This document shows, piece by piece, positions 44,755 to 56,644 of a stretch of 64,000 bases of DNA. A program made the translations under genes and the position numbers. The DNA comes from an uncultured virus (IMG/VR IMGVR_UViG_3300036760_000418) (lineage: Duplodnaviria; Heunggongvirae; Uroviricota; Caudoviricetes): the IMG/VR virus record IMGVR_UViG_3300036760_000418; one strand, written 5' to 3'. Position 1 is the first letter of the stretch. Each line of letters starts with the position of its first letter. Under the pieces are notes generated by a model that was not told where the DNA came from, ran no database searches, and was given only the letters and a program-made list of their open reading frames with translations.

Positions 44755-44760
44755 CATACT

Positions 44761-45240
44761 ATGCCAATTTATGGCCCTTACACTAGGAGAGACGGTAGGC
44801 AGATTGTGGTCGTCTATGACGGTAAGACCCGAAAGACGATTTCGTACCCCAAGTATCTAACGCAGGTTCGCTTGGGGATCGTCTTGGCTAAGGACGATGT
44901 GGTTCACCACAAAAACGAAGACATCACGGATGACCGCGACTCAAATTTACAGGTTCTCAAAAGGTCTGCTCACACGCGGCTCCACAGTTCTGAGCCCGAG
45001 TTGGTGAGATTCCATTGCCCGCAGTGCGGACAACTGACCGTGAAGATGGCCAAGGATGTTCGGAGTAACAGACGTAAAGGGCGTGCAGGCCCGTTTTGTG
45101 GGCGCAAGTGCGCCAGGGTAAATCAACTCGGGGGCGTATCCAAACAGGCAAAGGAGGCAGACTTAAAATCTGCTGATAGCAATATCTTGAGGGTTCGAGT
45201 CCCTCCGCCCCTACAGCCAGACAACGATGATCAACCCTAA
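44761..45240 (+). CDS. HNH homing endonuclease
   Basis: VVHHKNEDITDDRDSNLQVL; CPQC..FCGRKC. Confidence 0.8.
   Translation: MPIYGPYTRRDGRQIVVVYDGKTRKTISYPKYLTQVRLGIVLAKDDVVHHKNEDITDDRDSNLQVLKRSAHTRLHSSEPELVRFHCPQCGQLTVKMAKDVRSNRRKGRAGPFCGRKCARVNQLGGVSKQAKEADLKSADSNILRVRVPPPLQPDNDDQP
45130..45213 (+). tRNA. tRNA-Leu(TAA), inside the 3' end of the HNH ORF
   Basis: gcaga-ctTAAaa-tctgc; type II. Confidence 0.85.
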
Positions 45241-45285
45241 CAATGGAGCGCCCTAAATGATGCGGAGACGCAGGCGAAGGTAACA

Positions 45286-45837
45286 ATGTCCCAGTTTCAC
45301 ACTCTCCTACTCACCCCGTGGATGCAACCGCACAGGGTCGTCACCTGGCAGGACGCAATCTGCAAGCTCATCGACAAAGAGATAGAATCTCTAGAAATCA
45401 CGTGGGACGGTGTGCCGTTCGAGGTGAACTCGCCGTCGATTGTCCTCAGCTTGCCGTCCGTAGCTCGCCTCACGACGCACGTCCCAGTCAACAAGAAGGG
45501 CGTGAAGTTCTCGCGTGTGAACATACTGACCCGCGATGGTTTCCAGTGCCAATACTGCGGCAACAGGTTCCCGCGTCGTGAGCTGAACTACGACCACGTT
45601 GTTCCCAGGAACCAGGGCGGTAGGACAGTTTGGGATAACATCGTCACGTCATGCTACCCGTGCAACTCACGGAAGGCAGGACGGACGCCTGAGCAGGCCA
45701 AGATGCACCTTCTAAAGAGGCCCATCCGGCCGAAGTCTCTGCCGCTTGCGCTTCCGACGATCCCGGTGGGCAAGGCACCCGAGGAATGGGTTCCGTACCT
45801 TTCCTCGATGCCGCACGTTGGTCTGGCGTTCGGATGA
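45286..45837 (+). CDS. HNH (McrA-like) endonuclease
   Basis: FSRVNILTRDGFQCQYCG..NYDHVVPR..GG.T.WDNIV..C..CN..K. Confidence 0.9.
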   Translation: MSQFHTLLLTPWMQPHRVVTWQDAICKLIDKEIESLEITWDGVPFEVNSPSIVLSLPSVARLTTHVPVNKKGVKFSRVNILTRDGFQCQYCGNRFPRRELNYDHVVPRNQGGRTVWDNIVTSCYPCNSRKAGRTPEQAKMHLLKRPIRPKSLPLALPTIPVGKAPEEWVPYLSSMPHVGLAFG

Positions 45838-45965
45838 CCAAGGTTGATTGACCAAGGCGGGCCACCGGCCTAAACAGGTGGTAAATTTAGGGTTGCACAA
45901 CCTTGACTAGCTAGAGTTAGCTTCCGAGATTCCTATTCAGGTTGTTTTGTTGCGTCCGCTTCTGC

Positions 45966-46424
45966 ATGAACGAGAACGGCAACGACAAGGATCAAGAAGG
46001 GTCACCTCTTGAGCTTGTTATCCAACGGTTGGTTGAGCAGCAAACCGTTGAAGCTGCCGAAGCTGCCCGTGGTGTGCCCGAAGATCTCGTACATGGTTGG
46101 AAGCAGACTCAACACCCGCCAACCTTAGGTCAACTACACGCTGGTCTGCTTTCTGTTTCTCAGATTGCTGAAGCGGCGATCGAGCTGGGTGTGGGCATCT
46201 CAGCAGACATCCGAGAGATCCTGCCGACACTCCAACAAGTCTCAACTCAACTTCAAGCGTTCTCGGTTGAGCTGAGGTCGGTGCAGGACACGCTCATGAC
46301 GTTCAAGCGGGACATTCAGTCGCTTAAAGAAGACACCCGGGACATGGCCGACACGGTTCGGTCCATCCCGGGCATCAAGTTGATGTTGACTGAGATCCTG
46401 ACCCGGCTTCCTCCTGAGGCTTGA
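45966..46424 (+). CDS. coiled-coil hypothetical protein
   Basis: ATG MNENGND. Confidence 0.5.
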   Translation: MNENGNDKDQEGSPLELVIQRLVEQQTVEAAEAARGVPEDLVHGWKQTQHPPTLGQLHAGLLSVSQIAEAAIELGVGISADIREILPTLQQVSTQLQAFSVELRSVQDTLMTFKRDIQSLKEDTRDMADTVRSIPGIKLMLTEILTRLPPEA

Positions 46425-46500
46425 TCCAGACGCGAGTCTTGTTGACGGCCAGCATGGGTTCATCCAACTCGATGTCCAACGTACGACCGGAAGACACTAG

Positions 46501-47397
46501 CTAGCGCTGAGCGAGCAGCTTTAGGCAAACCTCGCAGTTCACCATGGCCTCATCGGCTGTCATGCAGTTTCGAGGCCCAGTCTCGGTGAACAGGACTCCG
46601 CAGATCCCAACCAGGGTCGGACTTTCCTTGAAGGACTTCTCCAGGTCTGTGTGGTGCCAAGTTGTGGGTTCGGCCGACATTTGGTGCGCCTTTTTTCGTT
46701 TGGCATGCCCGTTGCGTTGGGCAGCGATACGGTTAGCTCTAGTTTGAGGGTCCGCCCAGAGAGCCTTTAAGCGAGCGCTGCGGGCCGCCCTCTCTGTTGG
46801 AATGGCAGCAGCCTTGGCAGCGGCGCTTTTATTCGCTTTTGCTTCGGGTGTGCTCAGGGCTGCTTTAAGTGCGCGACTGATGTTTGCTTTGTGCTCTATG
46901 GTCGCTTTCTTTCCTAGATGCGCAGCCCTCATCTGAGCCCTTGTCTCGGCTGACCATTGTCTTTGTTGAAGAGCCGCCATGAGATTTGTTGTGTGCTCGG
47001 GGGACCTGTTCTTTGGCCGACCTTTTTGAGCTGCGCTCATTTTTAACTTGGTGGCGTCTGTGTGCTTTGCACGAAAACCTTCACCGCCCTCAGTGTGGTT
47101 TGTGAGCGATGCGCCGAAACGCTTTCGGTAGTGTCGTATCCAGAACGTTTCCGCCGTAATCCACCCGTCACCGTTGCCTGTTTCAATAACTGTGAGTAAA
47201 GGGGTAACGCCTGCTTTCAGTAAGGATCTTTTCCACTGCCCGCAATACGTTTGATCTCGGCCGGTTTTGGTTGATGTGAGGTGCTGATGAATACGACGCT
47301 TTACGTTCAAGGTCCAACCAACGTAACGGATGACATTGGGTGCTCTCGGGTCGGCAAGCGTGTAAATAAACCACGTAGACTGGGGCTGCACCGGCAT
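46501..47397 (-). CDS. GIY-YIG homing endonuclease with NUMOD3 repeats
   Basis: FIY...RYVGWT..R..QH; LTNHTEGGEG; HTDATKLKMS. Confidence 0.85.
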   Translation of the reverse strand: MPVQPQSTWFIYTLADPRAPNVIRYVGWTLNVKRRIHQHLTSTKTGRDQTYCGQWKRSLLKAGVTPLLTVIETGNGDGWITAETFWIRHYRKRFGASLTNHTEGGEGFRAKHTDATKLKMSAAQKGRPKNRSPEHTTNLMAALQQRQWSAETRAQMRAAHLGKKATIEHKANISRALKAALSTPEAKANKSAAAKAAAIPTERAARSARLKALWADPQTRANRIAAQRNGHAKRKKAHQMSAEPTTWHHTDLEKSFKESPTLVGICGVLFTETGPRNCMTADEAMVNCEVCLKLLAQR

Positions 47398-47426
47398 AGC
47401 ACCCCCAGTCTACACTACTCTCTAGT

Positions 47427-49790
47427 CTAGATACGAATTTCGACCTCACGCATCTCGGCCTTGCACTCCAGCTTGGCCCCATCCACATCGAGCGTGAGGA
47501 CGTTTTCATCCAGAGAACTGAACTCCTGGAACCACACTTGACCGACGATCACGCTAAAAGTCGTCTGAGCGATCTTGAAGATCAGGTCGCGGGTCTTCTG
47601 CTTGGCGGCCTTGGTCTGACCGGCGAGCCAAGCTTCGAGCACGCCGTCCTTGTTGGCAGCCTTGAGGTAGATGTCGCTTGTCAGGAAGGATTCGACCAAC
47701 TTGACGGTCGGCACCATGAGAGCGCCCCCGGCGTTGATCTTACCTTTGGCGATCTGCTCCTTGACCTCTTTGAGGCTCGGAAGCTTCGAGAGGCCCTTGA
47801 GCGAGACCTTCAACTCCTTGCTCATGTAGAAGTCGGTGGCCTCTGCCTGGGTGGACTTGGGGGAGAAACCACCGTCGGTGATGCCCAGCTCCTTGAGCCA
47901 GGTAGCTGCCGCCTCGCCGTACTTCTCCGAGATGCCTTCGGAGCGCTTGGATGGCAGCAGCTCCTTCGAGTAGGCGTTGTAGACCTTCTGCTCGGCCTGG
48001 GCCAACGTCAGGGTGTACTGCGTCTCGAAGAAGGCCTTGGCCGATACGTCCTTGACCATCTTGCGGTTGATGACCGGCATGGCACGCAGGTCGAGCACAA
48101 TGGTGGGGTTCTCAACGCCCTGTAACGCAGTGCTGTTCCACACGCCTTCGTCCACGAGCTTCTGCAAGGTCGCAGCCGTGATGCGGACCGGCAGCTTCTC
48201 GATGTTCACGAGGCCATCCTTGATGACCGCGTAGTTGCGGAAGATGTTGGTGGGGAACGTCACCGGGAATGGCACGGCCAAGTTCAGGATTGCGTCATTC
48301 GGCGGGGACATTCGCGAGCTGAGATCCACGGTTCCTGACTTGCGGACCAGGAACGAGACGTTGGGACGATCTTCGTTGAAGGTCAGGCTGGAGATCGGGT
48401 AACCGTCGGGGGCAGGGTCGGCCTCGAACTTGAGGGCCGGGGCCTTGTTGGCGGTGATGGCGGCGATCTGGGCACTGATCTCTGCGATCTTGGTGCCGCT
48501 CTTTTCAGAAGCGAGCTTCTGGGTGAGCTTCGTGATCTCCTCCTGTTCGGCTTCGGTGAGCTGGTCACTGGCGTCTACCCGCCCACGGCCGATCTTGCTG
48601 TACTTGAAGTCCGGGTGGTCCAGCAGGACTCGGTTCTGGTCGTCCCCTGCCAGCAACTGGAGCACGTCAAGCACTGTGAAGGCATCCTCACGCGGGACTC
48701 GGGTAGGGTCGTAACCCTTCTCGAAGCGGCCCGTCCCGAGAGCAGCCTTCTGGGCTGTCTCTTGGAATTCGCTGTACTTCTGTTTGCCGTAGCACGTCGA
48801 GAAACGCTCGATCAGGTTCACGTCACCCAGGCTCTTGAGCAGCGGATACACGACGTTGGGCTTCATACGGACTGCGAACAGCGAGACAGCCGCGTAGGCG
48901 AGACCCAAGGAAGCGTTGGCACCCTCTCCCTTGATGGTGCCCTTCGCGATGTCGGTAAGATCCCCTTCCATGATCCCGAGCTGAGTCGGGGATAGGTACG
49001 CGAACTCTTGCAGATCTTTGGGCAGCGTGGCCTTACCACCCTCGACCGAGTAGGTGATCAGGTCACCGTCCGAGAGCGCATAGACGAAGCCTCCGATGGG
49101 ATCCCCCTGGATCGTGACCTCAACGCGAGGGGCACCGGACTGCTTCTTCTGCATCGCTAGCTCGAAGGCCGGGGCGTAGCGGTCGAAGTCCTCTGCGAAA
49201 ATGTGGGCTCCGCCGGACTTCTCAGCCATTGCGGAGAGCAAGTTGCGGTCCGCGTAGTAACCGTACTCCACGATGGTTGCTGAGGCGAAGCCGCCCGCCG
49301 CCTTCTCTACGGTCTTGAGGATGTCGGCACGCGGCCACTGGTTGTCACAGCCGTCGCTCATGAAGAACAGGCTGGAGACGCTTCCAGGGGCCTTCTTGGA
49401 CACACGCTCCACGACCTTGGCCGCTTCTTCTAAGGGCTCCTTGAACCCGGTGAGGCCTTGCGGCTTGATCCAACGGTCAATGGCCTGCTCGACCTGCTTG
49501 AGGTCCGTGAGAGTGGCGACCGGCTCGGCCTCCAGTAGAGTGCCGAACTGGCCTCGCCCACTGAACCAGATGATCGAGATGGTGTCCTTTTCCTTGAGAA
49601 GCTTCGGCAGCTTCTTCTTGAGCTGCTCACGGATCTTCGGGAGATCTGAGTACATCGAGCCGCTGCAATCGATCACCACTAGGTGATTGGTGGGGGCCTC
49701 GACTGCTTTCGGGGCCTCTGTGGTCTGGTCTTGGGTTTGATTGACCAGGAACAGGTCTTTGGAGATTAGGTACGAACGGGTGTTGGGCAT
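47427..49790 (-). CDS. vWA-domain protein (787 aa)
   Basis: VVIDCSGSM, FFMSDG. Confidence 0.85.
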   Translation of the reverse strand: MPNTRSYLISKDLFLVNQTQDQTTEAPKAVEAPTNHLVVIDCSGSMYSDLPKIREQLKKKLPKLLKEKDTISIIWFSGRGQFGTLLEAEPVATLTDLKQVEQAIDRWIKPQGLTGFKEPLEEAAKVVERVSKKAPGSVSSLFFMSDGCDNQWPRADILKTVEKAAGGFASATIVEYGYYADRNLLSAMAEKSGGAHIFAEDFDRYAPAFELAMQKKQSGAPRVEVTIQGDPIGGFVYALSDGDLITYSVEGGKATLPKDLQEFAYLSPTQLGIMEGDLTDIAKGTIKGEGANASLGLAYAAVSLFAVRMKPNVVYPLLKSLGDVNLIERFSTCYGKQKYSEFQETAQKAALGTGRFEKGYDPTRVPREDAFTVLDVLQLLAGDDQNRVLLDHPDFKYSKIGRGRVDASDQLTEAEQEEITKLTQKLASEKSGTKIAEISAQIAAITANKAPALKFEADPAPDGYPISSLTFNEDRPNVSFLVRKSGTVDLSSRMSPPNDAILNLAVPFPVTFPTNIFRNYAVIKDGLVNIEKLPVRITAATLQKLVDEGVWNSTALQGVENPTIVLDLRAMPVINRKMVKDVSAKAFFETQYTLTLAQAEQKVYNAYSKELLPSKRSEGISEKYGEAAATWLKELGITDGGFSPKSTQAEATDFYMSKELKVSLKGLSKLPSLKEVKEQIAKGKINAGGALMVPTVKLVESFLTSDIYLKAANKDGVLEAWLAGQTKAAKQKTRDLIFKIAQTTFSVIVGQVWFQEFSSLDENVLTLDVDGAKLECKAEMREVEIRI

Positions 49791-50008
49791 TAACGGCGAT
49801 CCTTTCGCCTTCTAGATACACCGGATGTTGGCGGCGGGTCTTTTTGTACCGTCCCTTAGTTGCTTTGTACTGCCGAATCCGGTAAGAGTAGGACGATCAA
49901 GGGGTTCGTATGTCACGTCTTCAATTGCTCTCTAAGGTGAGACTGAGTCGCATAATACCTAGCCGCAGGGCTGGGTACGATTAGTGACCCTCAACCTGGA
50001 GACTATAT

Positions 50009-50821
50009 ATGCGCAAGGATTTGGCGCAGTTGATCGTGGAGACCCCTCGTCATAACACCGGGGAGTTCTTCAAGGTACATCGGCGCAAGGCTAAGCAGGA
50101 CCTCGACTTGGCACCAACCAAGCAGGGGATGCGGCGGCCATACCTGGAACGTAAGGAATTCGGAGATTATCTGTCGCCCCTCAAGGGTGTCCTGCGTAAG
50201 AACGTGGGGCGGCCTTGGGACAAGGTTTTCTCTGAGCTGAACTCGGCTTTGCAAGGCGGCGGGACGGTCGTTGAGCACGTGAAGGTTCACCTTCGCGGGT
50301 ACATCGAACTTAGTCCGGTCTTCATCAATGGGAAGCCGCATACGACACCTCCATATTTCGCATTTGGAAGTGGAATGGAGGGTCCTCAACCGCTCAATAA
50401 CACGTTCTACGTGGATCCGCACGGGATCCTTCGTCATGCGAAGGCTCGTCCTCGGAAGCGTCAGAAGCCGGTCATCGAGCACGTCAAGATTGACGATTCG
50501 ACCGCTTTTCACAAGATCGATGGTCTGTGGTATCGCGTTTGGACCAAGCCGCTGCCCCTGGCGGATCGGGCTCACCCGCCCATCTACGATCTCGTGCTCA
50601 AGAAGTGGGTTCGCTGTGTCGAGCACAAGCCCTTTTCTTGGCGTCGGGAGAAGGTTGCGGAAGCGGCGGAGGTGCTGACCTACCGCTGGGAGGTTGCGGG
50701 CACCTCGGGCACCTGGAATCTGGAGCACCTCCACGGCTCGAATCGTGTGGCGTACCGCAAGGAATCGGTCAGTTCCCGCACGATTCGTCGTGAGGGTCTG
50801 GACCGACTCAAGGCGGCGTGA
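50009..50821 (+). CDS. basic hypothetical protein
   Basis: 270 aa Arg/Lys-rich ORF with SD ggag. Confidence 0.7.
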   Translation: MRKDLAQLIVETPRHNTGEFFKVHRRKAKQDLDLAPTKQGMRRPYLERKEFGDYLSPLKGVLRKNVGRPWDKVFSELNSALQGGGTVVEHVKVHLRGYIELSPVFINGKPHTTPPYFAFGSGMEGPQPLNNTFYVDPHGILRHAKARPRKRQKPVIEHVKIDDSTAFHKIDGLWYRVWTKPLPLADRAHPPIYDLVLKKWVRCVEHKPFSWRREKVAEAAEVLTYRWEVAGTSGTWNLEHLHGSNRVAYRKESVSSRTIRREGLDRLKAA

Positions 50822-51039
50822 AAAAGCCCTTGACCTTTTGGTTTCTGGTGTATAGGGTGCAAGCGTGAGGTAGCGCCCTATGGGTTGGACCTCTCGTACT
50901 GCCAATCGCACCCTCGCGGGTTTGGAGCGGCAGCGGACGTTCTGCAAAACAGTCTCGACGTTTCGTGATTTGAGGCCCCGTCCAGGGTCTGCGTCACGGG
51001 AAGTGCTCGGGCCAGACGACTACGGGAGTAGCCAAAACC

Positions 51040-52629
51040 ATGAAAATCGACGCTCGTCTCACATTTAACAAGGTTCAGTTCGATCAGGATGCCGACGCGC
51101 ACCTGGTCTTGTCATTGACGGCTCCGGCGGTCACAGGGGATGCCAAGCGCCCTCCCTTGTGCTTCGTGCCGCTCATCGACGTGTCTCCTTCGATGGAAGG
51201 GGAGAAGCTCGCGTACGCCAAGAAGTCGCTCATCAAGTTGATCGACCACCTGACGCCCAACGACTACTGCGGACTCATCCAGTTTTCGTATGACGCTCAG
51301 GTCTTGCAGAAGCCGGTGCGTTGCACCCTGGAAGCCAAGGACGACCTCAAGCGTAAGGTTGGAGCACTTACCCTCAGCGGGTCTACCAATATCGCATCGG
51401 CGCTTCTGGAGGGCTTCTCGGTCGCCAATAATATGGACCTACCCTCAGAGGTGATCACTCGCGTGATCCTCTTTACGGATGGTGCTGCCAACGCGGGTCC
51501 GGCCAAGACTCCGGCGGAGATCCTGGCTCTCGTGAAGCCGAACATCGGCATCGCCTCAGTGAGTGCCTTCGGGTACGGCAATGATGCCCAGCAGGACTTC
51601 CTGCTGGATCTCGCGAAGTCTGGTAACGGCAACTACGCTTTCGTCCAGAACCCCGACGATGCTCTCTCAGCCTTCGGCAAGGAGCTGGGTGGTCTGCTGT
51701 CTACCCATGCGACGAACCTCGTGCTGGAGGTTTCACCGCTTGCGGGTCACCAGATCACTGGGGTCATCTCGGACGTGGAGGTCGAGGACGAGGCGCTGGG
51801 TCAGATCGCGATCAAGATCCCGGACATCCTTTCTGAGGAAACCCGGCATATCGTGATCGGGGTCAAGCTCCAAGCGCAGAAGAACGCCTTCCCGCGTGAG
51901 GTCAACGTTTTCGATGTGAAGGTCAGTTACGACATCTTGGACGCTAACCTTCGTCGCGAGCACAAGACGCTCGAAGTGAAGGCCAAGGTGCAGTTCGTCA
52001 AGGCCGGGGAAGAACAGAAGGCGGCTGACACGGACTTGGACCAGATCGTTGGGTTGGCTCAGATTGTGCGAGCCCAGATCGAGGCTGAGACGCATGCCAA
52101 GGCGGGCAACTACACGTTGGCTTCTGCGGTTATGCGCAACTTCTCGGCTGACGTGAAGACTCGTGGTCTAGTGGGTCTTGGGGCTGTGGCTCATGACTTG
52201 TCGAGTCGCGTGGGATCTCATGTTGCGTACACAAGCATGGGCAACTCGGCGTATATGGCCAGCATTAGCCGAGGGGCAACCCGAGGTTTGGGCGGTACGT
52301 ACGATGCGGGGGCCGCTGCGGTCCTGCGCTCTGCCGGGGTCATGCTGTCCAACGCTTCACAGGATAGCACGGCGGCTTCTTTTACGGATGCTGTTGTTAA
52401 TGTGAATGACCTGGCGGCGGTGGTCCCGTGGAATAATAATCCGGCTCTTGGTAACACGGTGAGCAGTGCTGATCCGGGTGTTCCTCTGATGGTAGCTCTT
52501 AACGGGGGTGTTCAGGTTGTTCAGGTATCGCCCCTAAACCCCGAGTCGCAACCCGAAGCCAAGAAACCTGAAGCCAAGAAACCCAAGGCGAAGCCCAAGG
52601 GTCTGGCCCAGAAGTCTAGTCGCTGGTGA
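51040..52629 (+). CDS. vWA-domain protein (YfbK-like)
   Basis: IDVSPSM, GSTNI, ILFTDG.AN, GNGNYAFV. Confidence 0.9.
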   Translation: MKIDARLTFNKVQFDQDADAHLVLSLTAPAVTGDAKRPPLCFVPLIDVSPSMEGEKLAYAKKSLIKLIDHLTPNDYCGLIQFSYDAQVLQKPVRCTLEAKDDLKRKVGALTLSGSTNIASALLEGFSVANNMDLPSEVITRVILFTDGAANAGPAKTPAEILALVKPNIGIASVSAFGYGNDAQQDFLLDLAKSGNGNYAFVQNPDDALSAFGKELGGLLSTHATNLVLEVSPLAGHQITGVISDVEVEDEALGQIAIKIPDILSEETRHIVIGVKLQAQKNAFPREVNVFDVKVSYDILDANLRREHKTLEVKAKVQFVKAGEEQKAADTDLDQIVGLAQIVRAQIEAETHAKAGNYTLASAVMRNFSADVKTRGLVGLGAVAHDLSSRVGSHVAYTSMGNSAYMASISRGATRGLGGTYDAGAAAVLRSAGVMLSNASQDSTAASFTDAVVNVNDLAAVVPWNNNPALGNTVSSADPGVPLMVALNGGVQVVQVSPLNPESQPEAKKPEAKKPKAKPKGLAQKSSRW

Positions 52630-52647
52630 TCTGAGTCGTAGGTCCAG

Positions 52648-52680
52648 AGGGGCGGCGGCCGAGAGGCTTCCGCCCCTTTT
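52648..52680 (+). terminator. intrinsic terminator
   Basis: aggggcgg...ccgcccctttt. Confidence 0.7.
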
Positions 52681-52733
52681 CAATTTGGCCTCTGGTAATT
52701 ATTTGGCCGGTGTAGTAAATAGGGGGAGGGATT

Positions 52734-53333
52734 ATGGCTACGTTAGAACAGATCAAAGAAGTCCGTGCTCGGTCCGGTGTCGGGATGGACGCTTGCCGTA
52801 AGGCGCTCGAAGAGTCCGGCGGGGATGTCGAGGGAGCGTTGGAGCTGCTCAAGAAGCGTGGCGTCATCAAGGCTGCGGAACGAGCTGGGCGGCTTGCCAC
52901 TGAGGGTAAGGTGGTCCCTTACAACCACAGTGATGGGAAAATCGTGGCCGTGGTTGAGATCAACTGCGAGACAGACTTTGCGGCGAAGTCCGAGGCCTTC
53001 AAGCAGTTCGCGGATTTGGTGTTGATGCAGATCACGGCGGCAGCCCCGTTGGCGGTGCGTGAGCAGCAGGTCCCTCTGGACGTGTGGGAAGCTCAGCGGG
53101 CCGTGTTCCTGTCCCAGATCCCTGCGGACGCCCCTGAGGACCGGAAGGCGAAGATCCTTGCGGGCAAGTACACGAAGTGGTGCTCCGAGGTTTGCCTCTT
53201 GGATCAGGAGTCTGTGGTCGTCCCGGGTAAGACCATCGAGCAGCTTCGTGTGGAGCTGGGTGCCAAGCTTGGGGAGAACGTCACGATCCGTCGGTTCATC
53301 CGGTGGGAAGTTGGCGAGGGTCTCGGAACGTAA
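52734..53333 (+). CDS. tsf: translation elongation factor Ts (short form)
   Basis: SGVGMDACRKAL, EINCETDFAA, CLLDQ, GENVTIRRF.R. Confidence 0.95.
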   Translation: MATLEQIKEVRARSGVGMDACRKALEESGGDVEGALELLKKRGVIKAAERAGRLATEGKVVPYNHSDGKIVAVVEINCETDFAAKSEAFKQFADLVLMQITAAAPLAVREQQVPLDVWEAQRAVFLSQIPADAPEDRKAKILAGKYTKWCSEVCLLDQESVVVPGKTIEQLRVELGAKLGENVTIRRFIRWEVGEGLGT

Positions 53334-53356
53334 AGGTTGGTGGTTGGTTATGTCTT

Positions 53357-53587
53357 TCAAGTATCAAGCTCAGATGCTGAACCAGATCGGGTTCTCTCAG
53401 AGATGCGTGAGTACGCCGTGAACGCGCTCTGGAAATCCTCCAAGAGTGGTTTATCTAGAGCTTGGATTTCAACCGTAATCTTGCCCCGGTTGCGGGTGCT
53501 GGCTTGATGGTGGCCGTCCGCCTGCAAAAAGCCTACAATGTAGGACAACTGTGGTATCTCTAAGAAGTGGTGGCCCATACTAACCAT
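53357..53587 (-). pseudogene. LAGLIDADG endonuclease fragment
   Basis: SYIVGFLQADG in a 76-aa ORF. Confidence 0.55.
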
Positions 53588-53645
53588 TTCTTAGAAATAG
53601 GATCTCAAGGTTGTGAGACCTGCTTTGGCGGGTGTAGTGCTACCT

Positions 53646-54008
53646 ATGTTCTCCCTCGAAGAAACCCTGACTTGGACCGCTGATGACGTTTTCGTCCGGA
53701 TCAGGTTGGTGCTACCGCCTGGTTGGAAGCTAGAGTACGCCCTCGAAGAAGGCTGGCACTACCTCAAAGTGCTGGATGCTGAGGGGGTGCAACAGTGGGC
53801 CGGGGAGCACGTGGACCCGAAATTGGCGGGTTTGGACGCCCTTGGGTGGCTAAAGCTGCGGGACTATCAGGTGAAAAACCCGGCGTGGCAACCTCGGGAA
53901 CACGAGGTTCCGCACTACCGGCCGTCTGGGGTTGTGGTGTCATCTCAGCCTGACCCGGCGGATTTGGACCCAAAGGAGATTGACGCGGTGTATAGGACCT
54001 CTCGTTGA
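53646..54008 (+). CDS. hypothetical protein
   Basis: ATG MFSLEE after ggtgtagtg motif. Confidence 0.55.
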   Translation: MFSLEETLTWTADDVFVRIRLVLPPGWKLEYALEEGWHYLKVLDAEGVQQWAGEHVDPKLAGLDALGWLKLRDYQVKNPAWQPREHEVPHYRPSGVVVSSQPDPADLDPKEIDAVYRTSR

Positions 54009-55625
<1,617 letters not shown>

Positions 55626-55659
55626 TGGTCGTTAGCCCTTTGTTGAAACACCGTGATCG

Positions 55660-56253
55660 ATGGACTCACGGCTCCAACGGGTGGGTGGGACGCGGCTGAC
55701 GCATATCCGGTATTCCGACGTGCCTCGGGTGGCTCAGGCCATCATAGATGCGATGGCCGGTCGGGCTCGGGTGCTGTCTGGGCGGTCACATACCACCCCG
55801 TATGTTGAATTCGTTCGGGATCAGGCTTACACGGTCGTGGTACGCGGGGACGATTGGCGCAAGATCTTCCCGTTTCTTCGCTACAGCTCGGCCTCGTATC
55901 GCCCGGTTATTCCGCCGGGGAATCAGCCGCCGCCAATTATGTCCCCGCAACCAAAGCGGACTATGCAGCCTCCGCCGGTAAATCCAGCGGGTGGGCTCCA
56001 GTCCTTTTTGGAGGGCTTCCAGTTTGATGAGTACAGCAAGATCCAGAAATTGCTGACGACGATTAACTTGGGTGGTGTAGACCACCCAAGTCCGGCATGG
56101 CGACCGTCAACTCCTTTTCCGGATCCCCCGTCACTGATCCCGCCGCAACAGCGTACCGATTCGTTCTCGTATACGGACACTGTGTTGTACAACCGTTTGG
56201 TTCAAGTGTTGCAGCAGCTCTTCCCGACGGATTTCCCCACGACAAATCTCTGA
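55660..56253 (+). CDS. hypothetical protein
   Basis: ORF. Confidence 0.55.
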   Translation: MDSRLQRVGGTRLTHIRYSDVPRVAQAIIDAMAGRARVLSGRSHTTPYVEFVRDQAYTVVVRGDDWRKIFPFLRYSSASYRPVIPPGNQPPPIMSPQPKRTMQPPPVNPAGGLQSFLEGFQFDEYSKIQKLLTTINLGGVDHPSPAWRPSTPFPDPPSLIPPQQRTDSFSYTDTVLYNRLVQVLQQLFPTDFPTTNL

Positions 56254-56260
56254 GGTCTCT

Positions 56261-56476
56261 ATGCCCATCGATCCAGCCGGTACCGCCCCAGGCATTACGC
56301 CTAAGATTGAGGATCCTACGGTCCACAACATGCGTTGCAAGAGCTACCCGCAGTGTGACTCCATGACCTCTATCGAGATGAAGCACCAGGGTTTGCCTGC
56401 GGGTAGCCGGATGTACCAATGCACCAAGTGCAAACGTTCGTGGGGGATCCCTGTTGGTGGTTCTATCGACCTGTGA
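56261..56476 (+). CDS. small zinc-ribbon protein
   Basis: CKSYPQC...YQCTKC. Confidence 0.55.
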   Translation: MPIDPAGTAPGITPKIEDPTVHNMRCKSYPQCDSMTSIEMKHQGLPAGSRMYQCTKCKRSWGIPVGGSIDL

Positions 56477-56644
56477 GTGCAGGTGATTTCATTCGTTGCC
56501 CGCAATGTAGGGGCCAGCTTCTACCAAGTGGTGTAGAGGTCCATCGACACGTCTGTGAGGGTTGCGGTCAGAACTACCACGCAATCCTCCAGTTCGTTCC
56601 TGTGGATCCTATACGTAGGGTGGAAGGGTTGCTCGGTTCGGGTG

